Origin: Haliotis rufescens
Taxonomy: Eukaryota
Assembly: GCF_023055435.1 (NCBI RefSeq)
Contig: NW_025963946.1
Span: forward strand, 7,812,001 to 7,876,000
Length of the DNA: 64,000 nt
Direction of reading: 5' to 3'
Numbering within the stretch: the stretch's first letter is position 1; every line of letters starts with the position of its first letter. The position numbers and the translations under genes were made by a program. The notes under the pieces are model-generated. The model ran no database searches and had not been told where the DNA came from. It was given only the letters and a program-made list of their open reading frames with translations. This document shows, one piece after another, positions 13,103 through 24,019 of the stretch.

Positions 13103-15605
13103 TAACACGTCCCATTTTAATTCTGGAAACCCAAAAGTCCAGAAACTCTACGGTCTTTTCCCAGTCTCGGTCAAAGGTATTTACAAAAATAAGCATGCTG
13201 TTTTCATGGGAACATACTAAGGAGGAAAAAATGAAAAATAAAGTTAAAAATCTCAATATTTACACCTTCTCATTTTCACAAACAGGGCTGTTAGCTGATA
13301 TAAGGAAGGTAACATCCAGTTGAATTCCCAGTTGACGTATTTACTATTTGTTTTATCAAATATGAGGACTGTATACGACATACGTTAGTCTCTCAACGAC
13401 GTTTATGCAATTAATATTTTGAATAAGCCGTTCATATGCCAGTTGTGACAGGGATGATGGTATGGTAGCTGTAGCACACAGATTGACAGTCATTGTTACG
13501 TGCGTCACTAGGTAATTAGTACGGCATTGACCTTGTTGATTGTTACTACACTTTGAGGATTACCTCTGTGGCCAGTGGCGGACGTAATTCAAACTCCTTC
13601 CACACTGACACCGCATCAAATATATTTGTGTACCGATTACATAACTCTTACGGACAGGGTGGGGTTGCAGTTCACCGGACGACACTGTGTATATTGGGCG
13701 GCTCCTTTGATATCTCCTCCACACATACTTTTATTGAATGGCCCATCAAACGATGATACACATCTCGTTGAATATATCAAGGCACTAATTCATCTTTCAT
13801 AAACTTTTTTTTGTCTTTGTAATACATGTATCCACAAAAAATATAGGCTAGGTATTTGCCCACCTGCACAACTGTTTATTCGCGCGCGCTGTGGTAGATC
13901 GTGATTGACCGAGAGCAGGTATTGTAGAATCACCTGTAAATAATGCCGACACTGTAATTAGATACAACGTACTAATGAGAATATGAGAATTATCATAAGA
14001 AGGCTGTTTTTTTTTCTGAACTGTTACCATTTTCATACCAAAAGTGACAATGCATTTAAAAGTTGCTTTAGTGTCATAATATTCACTCAATCGCCTGTAA
14101 ACATCGCACCGCATATAATGAAATAATTATTTCGAGATTTCGTTAGAATGTGAGCCATTCAGCTAGACGTTATGCAATAAAAGACGAATCGGTTTTTTCC
14201 CCATGAAATACGCGCACGTGTACCTGTATATTGCATATCTATTGTCACTTAATTTCTCAGTGTGATGTATTAACGAGACATAAAATGGGCAGTGAAATAG
14301 AAACAAACTAAACTTTAATTCGTTGAAAAATAACGCCAATGAATTGGTGTACAAGCGCATGAATTTGTATGATAAACTGTCAAAACGTTTTGAGAGATAA
14401 GGCCGGGTTCATTACAGATCGTTGCAATATGTAAAAAAGGTGAAATTTGTAAAACTTCTGCAAAGGAAACATCCAACCAAAGGCCCTTTTAATATAGTAA
14501 TGTAATGATATAATACAAAGTGTGTTTCACATGATACAATATACTTTGTAAACAATTAGTTAATTCTTTAAAGGGACTGACGAAAACAAGGCCGAAATAT
14601 TTTAATAACGCCAAAAACTAGTTGAATTAAGTTAAAATGAGTTGAATCATGTGTCATGCTTATAATCCCTTAATGTATTTGCGAAACTAAAACTGTTGAG
14701 CAAAGGAAAATATGCTCGCCCATGGGCCAATTCTTTTCTCGCCCATGGGCGAAATATTTCAATATCTCTATAAAATCGTTGAATTAAGTTAAAATGAGTT
14801 AAATTTTGTGTATGATACTTGATGGAATACAAGTTAAGTATTTGCGAAACAAAAACATGAATTTTGTGTAAAGGAAAATATTCTCACCCATGGGCCAAGC
14901 CTTTTTCTCGCCCATTGGCGAAATATTTCAATATCGCTTTAAAATCGTTGAATTAAGTTAAAATTAGTTAAATGTTGTGTATGTTACTTGAAGGAATACA
15001 TCTATGTATTTGCAAAACAAAAACATGAGTTTTGTGTAAAGGAAAATATTCTCCACAATGGGCCAAGCCTTTTTCTCGCCCGTGGGCGAAATATTTCAAT
15101 ATCGCAATAAAATCGTTGAATTAGGTTAAAATGAGTTAAATTTTTTGTCATGATACTTGAAGGAATGCATTAAAATATATTTGTGAAACAAACACATAAG
15201 TTTTGTGTCATGGAAAATATTCTCGCCCATGGGCCAAACCTTTTTCTCGCCCATGGGCGAACTATTTCAATATCTCTATAAAATCGTTGAATTAAGTTAA
15301 AATGAGTTAATTTTTGTGTATGATACATGATGGAATTCAAGTTAAGTATGTGCGAATCAAAACATGAGTTTTGAGTAAAGGAAAATATTCTCGCCCATGG
15401 GCCAAACTTCGCCCATGGGCAGGCCCATCGGCGAGATGGTGTAAAAATATTGAGTTTTTGAACATTTTTTGGTCATTTTTTTCTCCCCTAGTATGTTCCC
15501 ATGAAAACAGCATGCTTACTTTTGTAAATACCTTAGACTGAGACTGGGAAAAGACCGTAGAGTTTCTGGACTTTTGGGTTTCCAGAATTAAAATGGGACG
15601 TGTTA
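13103..15605. mobile_element. Non-autonomous DNA transposon (2.5 kb) with ~170-bp TIRs
   Basis: 13103-13271 (taacacgtcccattttaattctggaaacc...) is the reverse complement of 15433-15605. No transposase ORF. The 2-bp TSD is ambiguous (CA, or TA if the TIR starts 2 nt later). Confidence 0.9.
14620..15420. repeat. ~169-bp tandem repeat (~5 copies) inside the transposon
   Basis: ttgaattaagttaaaatgagt recurs at ~14622, 14779, 14948, 15116 and 15287. Each unit has two cgcccatgggc-type palindromes. Confidence 0.9.
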
Positions 15606-15862
15606 CATACAATCTAGCATGATCTTTCTCCAAAGATTTCTTTCATAAAAAATATTAATGTGAAAAACATTTGAAACTTTGATGCATCAGTGATCTCAAT
15701 GGTGTCCACTGCAATTCCCTATTTTGACTTGTACTTTATATTCCCGTGTTTGTCCAGGCGAAGACTTGATCATGATCGTGTGGACAGGATGCACTCAACT
15801 CAGGAACACCTGGTATCAACACTAATTGATAGGAATTTACAGACACATGCTTTTGATCTAAT

Positions 15863-16210
15863 GACCGCCTCCGTGGTCAAGTGGTAGAGCTCCCATCCGG
15901 GGAGCGGAAAGTCCGGGGTTCGATCCCCGGCCGCGTCATACCAAAGGACGTTAAAAGATGATACTTGTTGTTATCCTGTCTGGCGCTCGGCATTAAGGGG
16001 CTAAAAGGACTGGTCGGCTCGGGGTCAGTACATTGTATCTGAGTGGGGTATTCATGTTAAACTGCAGCATGGTATCTCAGTGTGATAACACTGTAAATCG
16101 GCATCAGTCCGGACTGGTACAAGCAGCCACACACACACATACACGTACATGCACGTCGCTATATAAGTGCAATAATCTTGGATGCGAGGTTAAACCCCAT
16201 TTCACCTCAC
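15863..16210 (+). mobile_element. Full-length SINE family A
   Basis: A box (tcaagtggtagag), B box (ggttcgatccc) and TCACC tail. TSD cttttgatct at 15850-15859 and 16211-16220. Confidence 0.92.
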
Positions 16211-16585
16211 CTTTTGATCTTATGAAATGGATGACTAGGTTCTGCTTTTATCACATATTTCTCATAGTAATGGTTTTGTCATATTTTTCTGTCCAAAAGT
16301 TTAAAAATTAAGGAGATTTCATAAAAGTTGGTCGATCCGCCTATGCGAGTGAGTATAAAACTATAACGGAGCATTTACACTCCCATTTCATGACCAGTAT
16401 ATGACGTTATGTTTGTTACATCCTTTCTTGTACATCAATATATCATTAAGGACATTTAAGTGCAGCTTGGTTCGGAATGCCACATACTTCTTTCAGGTAA
16501 TCCAATGTCCAGTGACATGTTCCAAAGTAAAGTCCCAGTTCACAACCGGTATAATCACGATGTGTCTTCCACATACTTCTTTCAG

Positions 16586-17652
16586 GTAATCGAATCTCAG
16601 CAGAAATGTTCCAAACTTCAAGAACTGGCAGCATTTCAAATCTGACAAAGGTGGACGGGCAGACAGTGTTCAGCTCGGATTTCCTGTTGTTTGACGTGAA
16701 GAGTTGCAATGAAGTGCAGTTCGTCATTAACTTCGACGACGGCATGGCAAGGATGGTCATTTATCCGAACAGGAGTTTGCAGGTGGAGTACTGTTACAAA
16801 GGCCCTGATTGTACCGTGGAGATGTTTACAGTAACCGGTGACACGTGCGACGGCTATACACCGTTGTGGGTGCAGGTGCCGATATATGGCGTGGTTATCG
16901 GCGAAGGTTGTGACGTTGAAGAATCCACTCGTCTTCACCATGGCGGATGTTGTTGTATGGAAACACAAGCATCGGAATCTCTTCTGCAGATGATGCTTGG
17001 TGGAGACTGGGTAAAAAAACTCTCATTTTTGCAGAACAAATAACACAGTAGGGCAAATTACTGAGTCAAAATGAATGAATTAAGAACAAACCACTTAATC
17101 CTGATGTATAATGTCAGATATTGTACAATTTACTATAAAATTAATTATCACTTAAACAAAACATGGATAGTGAAAAGTGTTTCCCAAATAAAGTGTGGCT
17201 CTTTGTAACCAGCATGCATGCTTATTCGTATGTTGTTAAAAGCCGCACTACATAGTATTCTAGCAATTTATATCATATAAACGACAAACCTCTCAATCGG
17301 TATAGACATTACACGTAGCTACATCACCGAGTCTGACAACCCGACATATTCAGTTACTTTTCCAAGAACCCCAGTTAACTAAAAGAAAACAGGAGAGTCT
17401 GCGTGTAAACCTGTGGCCACACCAGCTACGACCACCACCTCAACAACACATCCTACAACAACGCCTGCGACGACATCCGAAGCACCAGGGTCTTTAGTGA
17501 ATGATACAACGAGGAATGAAACCATGCATAAAAACGTGAACATGGGGCGATCTGGCGGCGCTGTCTGCAACAACTTTCTGGCTGTGATGACTATGGTTGC
17601 TACGTATGTATTGTGCTATCGAGTTCCATGCAGAGTGAATCAGGCACCATGA
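16586..17652 (+). pseudogene. FAMeT-like domain + Thr-rich stalk + hydrophobic tail gene, copy 1, frameshifted (exons 16586-17010, 17393-17652)
   Basis: Paralog of 47632-48783. The exon is 425 nt, not a multiple of 3. The conserved SIGISSADDAWWRL end lies in a different frame from the upstream ORF (shift within 16921-16968). Could be an assembly error. Confidence 0.7.
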
Positions 17653-18339
17653 CCATGTACAAGACAGTTACTTAATTATACTGAAAGTATTTGTAAACAG
17701 TAAGTAAGTCCAACCTTATTCTCGTCGGAAACCTTTAGATAGAGCCCCTGGGAATGTAGTCAGCAATTTACAATTTCAACAATGAGAGACACTTAAGAAA
17801 CAATTCTGCATCATTGATATTCATTCAAATAGTTGCTGCCTACCTAACACCTACTTACACAGGAAAACGTTTTAATTTTCAGAACACTTTGGAGTATAGT
17901 CATGACACAAAAAGCAAAACAACTTCAAAATTTAAGTTATTGTGAAAACGGGTATTGAATCTTAATACCAACTGAACGTAAACCAAATTGTATTTTGATT
18001 GGCTGGCACGGCTGCCGTATTCGGAGCCCATCATTGGTGGGAACATATGAAATTTCTGCTCCATTAAACAACAATCAAACACATAAATAATCATGCTGAT
18101 GGATTCAAATTCCAGACTTGCCTGGAATATGGTAGTTGCTGTAACAGAATCATACAAGTGCTTCTGGGATTCACTAAAAGGGTAAACATCTAAGATCTGC
18201 ATCTTTTCGGGCTTTCCTCCCACAGTAAGCTGAGAGCACATGATACAACTGCAATACTGAAATAGTGATAAAAACGGGGTTAAACTCACTCTCTTCTGGG
18301 TTCACAGTCCATATATTGGCTAGCCTTTACTCTGATATT

Positions 18340-18560
18340 GCGTATTCCAGTAATAGCCTGTGATCCTGATGTGGGAGAAAGGCCCGATGTAATGCAGGTC
18401 TCTGACGTTTATCACTTTGGTGTAACACACGAGCACGGGGATGGTGCAGACAAACCTAGAAACAAAATCGGGTTGAACAAGGATTTGAACCTAAAAACGG
18501 GGTTTCTGACGTGCCAAAGGGGAGCCACCCTGCACAGCGAATTGCGCCCAGCCGTGCCCC
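18340..18560 (-). mobile_element. tRNA-derived SINE family D, degenerate
   Basis: Reverse complement resembles 47020-47278 (ggggcacgg... head, tttctaggtttgtc.gcaccat body). Confidence 0.75.
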
Positions 18561-18921
18561 CTTATCTTGAGACCAAGGGAGCACAATGAAAAACAGCGTC
18601 AATTTTGTTACAATAATGAGGTAACATATAATTTAAATGTATCATTTATACCGTAAAACATGCAATGCTACACCTGCGTATATTCCTTTTCAGGTTGATG
18701 TTCTTTTTGAAGTACTAATGAAACATACAGCTAGAGCCGATGCACCTGTCGATGCATTTTGTCATTGTTGTCTTATAATGAATTAAAATCTGCCCCGAAA
18801 ATATGACTTATTGTTAGAGGACTCGTGAGAAAACTGGAAACTTAGAACACGCCATAAAAAGTGGGATGCATTTCTTTCAGTGAGTGAGTGAATGAGTATA
18901 TATTTATTCCACCCTCAAGGA

Positions 18922-19152
18922 GACCCTTGAAGATCCGGGGTAGAATAGGTCTTCAGCAACCCATGCTTGCCGTAAAAGGCGACAAACGGGATCGGATGTT
19001 CAGGCTCGCTGACTTGGTTGTTGCATGTCTACGATCCCAATGTCGTGGATTGATGCTCGTGATATCAATCACTGGATTGTCTGGTCCAGACCCGATTATT
19101 TACAGACCGCCGTCATATAGCTGGAATATTTCAAACAACAAACCAACCAACC
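18922..19152 (+). mobile_element. SINE family B (Nin/Deu-domain-like); a second partial copy is at ~19425-19615
   Basis: gaagatccggggtagaataggtcttcagcaacccatgcttgccgtaaaaggcgac core, with tagctggaatat and (CAAC)n tail. Confidence 0.8.
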
Positions 19153-20936
19153 TACCACCCTTAAGGCGAAAGTGGAGACCAAATATTTGTTTCACACACA
19201 AGGCGTTTAACTGGGTGGAACATTGCTCATAATTTCAATCACTTGATTGTCCTGCCTAGTGTCGATTATGTCAGAGGCAACTGCCATATAGCTTGAATAT
19301 TACTTTGTTCGTTTTTACAAAAAACGAACAAACAGGGGTCCTTCCGAAACCGTACACCGACCCCTTGCATATAGGAATATGCAAATAATCAGTATAAAAA
19401 TCGCGTTGTATCCCAAACTGCGTGGTCTTCAGCAGCCCATGTTTGCCGTAAAGGTGACTATGCTTGTCGTAAAAGGCGACTAACGGGATCGGATGGTCAT
19501 GATATTAACCACTGAATTGTCAGGTCCAGACCCGATTACTTACATACCGCCGTCATATAGCTGGATTTTTTCTGAGTGCGGCGTTAAACAACAAACAAAC
19601 CATACGAACAAACCGAACTTACATTATACATTATCTTAGCAATTGGTGCTGCCTATTTTCCACATTGTGCAGAGTTACACCACAAACATACATATTCATA
19701 ATCTTGTTGTACTCGTGCAGTGAACAAAACAGAGGAGGAATACTGCTCTGTTATTTTAAGCCTAATTTAGATGAGGGTGCATGAAAACATGGTACTTAAG
19801 TTGTATGCAACAATGCGAAGAAATTAAACGGCGCTCGAGACCAGTTTCAGTTTCATAAGTATCATAAGTAGCATGCCTCGGGAATAGACCGCTGCGACAT
19901 CGTAGCCACGTACTACCCTGTTTATGCAATCCGACATTCTCAGGCCGCTAACGCATAGCTATATTTCACTGCCATTGCAATGTTCTAAAATCGGCTGTGT
20001 CAGAGTGTGTCCTAAAAGTAATGAATACCGTGTAAATGTCCATAACATCGTGTTACGAAACCTTTACATTTATCATTAATGAGATACAGATTAGGGAAGT
20101 GTTTGTACACTATCTGCAGAGGGACACGCCACGCTACCTTGCCTGTTCACATTCATGATGAAAAAGTAAACGATTCAATGCAGCTCAATGAGAGTCAGAA
20201 CATTGGTAATATAGGGATCAGACAGTTAGCATAAACACACGTTTCGAGTTTAGCAGGGGGCTTCATTTCTATTACTGTTTCAAGACAAAGCCAGGCAAGA
20301 AATCGAGTGAGGATTTCCCAACATTGTTTGGAATAAATTATGTCAAAATGCCTGTACCTAAGCCTAAACCAACGGCACAATAGGCTCTCCGCCATCAATA
20401 CTGATAGAAATGTATTTTGTCAAAGGTTACTAACCGTCGAAGTTTGTCGAGTTTATTGCCCTGGACGCTATTACTTTTAGAACAGCGACAGTGACAAAAC
20501 TCGACTGCTCCACGTATACAGGTGTTTATGTCGTACCAATGTGAAAACAGCACTTGAGACGTTACTCTCTGTCAATTATGACATGGCATAGGCTGGTATG
20601 AAACAACCAAGATTTGTGAGACTATAAGTTCAGAGAAAATTTTATACTATTTAATATACTTTGTGTAACTTGATTCGTCATCACATGGTTGGAAAATTCA
20701 TCAGCATTCTGTCCTGTCAGCCATTTCCGTGACATGAATGAACAGAAAATATAACGTGGTCACTGATCATGCCCCACATATTGTTTACACTGAGTGCAAA
20801 CATCACTGTCACTACGTCAAGTACCCTTAACATGTTATGAACTTTCAGACAGAAAGTTGTCATGGTTATCCAACATAAAGTAACACTGTTTCATTTAGGA
20901 GATAAACCTACTGTGTTTTCACTGTAGAGCTAGGTT

Positions 20937-21026
20937 ACCTGTAGATTTAACCGCGCTAAATTGAATTTGGAACCGAACGCGCAGAAGTTTTCAAATGTTA
21001 AATTTAGCGCGGTTAAATCTACAGGT
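20937..21026. repeat. 90-bp foldback with a 26-bp perfect inverted repeat
   Basis: acctgtagatttaaccgcgctaaatt ... aatttagcgcggttaaatctacaggt. Confidence 0.9.
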
Positions 21027-21232
21027 CGGTATGAAGAGCAACGTCCCGCGCCGTCGCTGACTAAGACATACAATCCACCAAATCTTTGCATGAGTCCCAT
21101 CAAAAATGCCTCTTACGACAGCGTACGTTACTGGATACCTATTCTACCCATGCTTCCGCTCAGGGACTTGGAAGATACGTAATTCATCAGTCATACAGCA
21201 TAGATACTATAGTCATAGTGGCTGCTTCGTGA

Positions 21233-22468
21233 TATACTTTCCCAAAAAAAGAAACGCAAAGCCAGATCTGCGTGAGGTAGGAAAATATATTAAAACATTT
21301 ATACGAGGAACCGTACAAAGTATTGAACCAAAATGATGTGGAGAGAACACTTGATGATTGTAGTCCCCTCAGTTATCGGTACATAGAAAAAGTCCTAGCT
21401 GAAAGTCAGCTACCATCAATAACGCGTTTGTCCCCCGTTGGGATAGTGGCCTGTCATCTCCAGCCCATGGAAGAGACGAGTATGCGAATCACATCCTGGG
21501 GAATGGTAGCCCACTCGGCCTGCAACGCAAAAGTCAACTTCTCTAAAGCCTGGGGTTGTGGTTGACGTCAGCTTAGCCATCTGTCCAATTCATTCCATAG
21601 GTGCTCGGGCCAGGGGAGAACATCAACGCTGGGCGTTGTCCTGCTGGAATACACCGTTGCTGTTGGCTGCAATTGGGAGGACGTGTGGGTAGGAGAATTT
21701 GTTTGATGTATCGTTGAACCGTAAGATTGCCCTGGATAGGGACCAAACCTGACCTGCCATAGTGAGAGATAGCCGCCCACATCATAACGCTACCTCCACC
21801 AAACCTGTCCAATTCCTGTACGCAGTTTCCAGCATAACGTTCTCCCAGGCGTCTGTAGACCAGTGCTCTTCCAGCCCCTCGACGCAGGAGAAATATTGAT
21901 TCGTCACTTAACCAGACATCTCGAGCTCCGTCGCAGTTGAGGTCATACCCTGTGTAGACTACACCAATGCAGTTGTTGTCTGCTCTTAAACAGTTTTGTA
22001 CGGTCTGTTCGGAGATTCTACGCAGTCCGGGTATTTGGGATCGGTTGAGGTGGCTGTTGTTGTCCTTTCACGTAGGTGGTGCAGTCGGATGTAGCGATCT
22101 TGGGCGGGGGTGCTTACTCTTTGTCGTCCCGACCTCGGCCGATCATGTATTGACCCATGCGGTTGAAACTGATCCCATGCCAGGCAATCAAAAACCCTGC
22201 TCTTTAATACCGTTTATAGTGCTGGTGCACGTGCAGTGCGTGCAGCTCCATGGCCCTTGTGTTAATGCATTGGGAGCGTTTCCCGACTACTGGTTTGCAT
22301 GTCCTTGTTGTGATCACATTGATCCGGGAAATTTTTCACTGTCACTTGAAAAAACACATTAACCCTCTTCTCTGCACCTCTTGGTGCGCTAACATTTGCT
22401 GATTAATTTTGCTAAATTTGCTTTTGTGGCCAATATATCCGTATTGCGTTTCTTTTTTTGACTGCATA
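21233..22468 (-). mobile_element. Decayed Tc1-type transposon
   Basis: Broken frames give SDES, RFGGGSVMMWAAIS, GNLT..RY..QIL, FQQDNA and WP..EHLWNELD. Short TIRs: caaaaaaagaaacgcaa / ttgcgtttctttttttg. Confidence 0.9.
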
Positions 22469-22698
22469 TTTGCGGATCAAACAGACGTGATCGTGTGTTA
22501 CTTATGGGTACATCTTAGTGTCATATGGAGCTGGGTGATGGTTTTGGTTAATGATATATGTGCCGAAATAAACATGAGTTGCTGTGTTTGGTAATGCCTT
22601 CACTCATACACCTTTCTCTTTTAAAACACAACTTCAACACAACACTTTAAATACGCAATGTTTCGTTGTGGTATGGGGGTTGATGCCATGTAAACTGA

Positions 22699-22963
22699 GT
22701 GAGTGAGTTAAGATTTAACGTCACATCGGCAGTATTTCAGCCATATCGTGACGAGAAGTACATTAATAATACACATATTTCGACAATATAAAAAGCTGTC
22801 AACGATGGACAGTACAATAACTAGAATATCACAGAGTCTATTTCAAACTAGTTGAGAATATATAAACGTCATAAGTATTAGTGAACAACACAATATAAAA
22901 ATGGACTAGAGATCGTCAGTAACTAAAGGGAGATCACCATACCGGGGACCATGGTGACTTACT
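22699..22963 (-). mobile_element. 5'-truncated retroposon (LINE or SINE 3' end) with (ACTC)n tail
   Basis: 13-bp TSD ccatgtaaactga at 22686-22698 and 22964-22976. The 3' end resembles the tails of the other SINEs. Confidence 0.8.
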
Positions 22964-24019
22964 CCATGTAAACTGATGACGTTCTCGTGGTATGTGAGTA
23001 ACTACTTTCGTAGTCACGTGTTGATCATGAGACTGAACCTAAAGCCAACATCATCATTTAAAGTGCAGTGTTGCAGGTCATATGGCAATTTGTGAGAGTC
23101 TGAAATGTGACATAAATGCAACCAAGCCTTGACAACAGATGGTGGTGAACGATAATTCTACCATGAATTTGAAATTTACTCGATTCTGATTGGTCAATCA
23201 GAGGCTATTAAATCACAATAAACCCCCTCTGATTGAAACAGCTGGTTTGACGTCCGCATCACTGCGGAAGCTAATATTCACAGAATAGTACTTTTTTCAG
23301 TCATTGTCGGTAGGCATATTTAAATAATTAGATCTACAATTACAGGTTACAAAATGCACAGGTGCGGTTACTACAATATTCAAAGGATGTTTTGCAATAC
23401 ATTTCGTGCAGAAAACACGATTGTAATCTACAAAGGGAATGTCTTTACGTTTTGAAGACATCAGAGAGCTTGGAATTTTGGCGCTTTTCTATATGCGACT
23501 GTGACGTCATAGATTTTGCGTCACAATGAGCGATATTACGTCATAATGGTGACGCCCGATGTAGAGCGAAAGCCTTGCAAAGCTTACCAAGTTGTCGTGC
23601 TTATATGCTTTCAATGCCTGTCATATGTTCGAGTGAAGTATTACAGTGAAAACAAACTGCTTGAGTATACACAGCGCCATATTTTGTTCGGTGATTCCGT
23701 AATTCAGATCGGTAACCCACTCAAAACACTGAACTCAGGATTAAAGGTTTTCTGGCACGACTTTAAATCAAAAGGTCAGATGGTCCCACAATGATCCCGT
23801 ATCATGATACATGTGAATTACTTTTTTTCCTTATGTTTTAAATGTACATGTTATGAAATATATTATACACAACGACAGTGACATGATATGGTAAAAGATA
23901 GTCGATATATCATTCTACCCAAGCCAATCATGAAGTGAATGGAAATGTTTGTTTGACGAATTGACTTTGCTGGTCTAAGGGAGACAACTCGATATTTCAT
24001 ATCATGCTCCACTTTTCCC

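Noticed and set aside
13545-13800. Protein-like minus-strand frame inside the TIR element
   Set aside because: Three internal stops in ~84 codons and no motif; not distinguishable from chance.
15863-15935. Functional tRNA genes at SINE heads
   Set aside because: They continue into SINE bodies with tails and TSDs, so they are not standalone tRNAs.
23150-24015. Possible Crypton-like non-autonomous element flanking the minisatellite (also ~26530-26680)
   Set aside because: Only vague motif resemblance; boundaries could not be defined.
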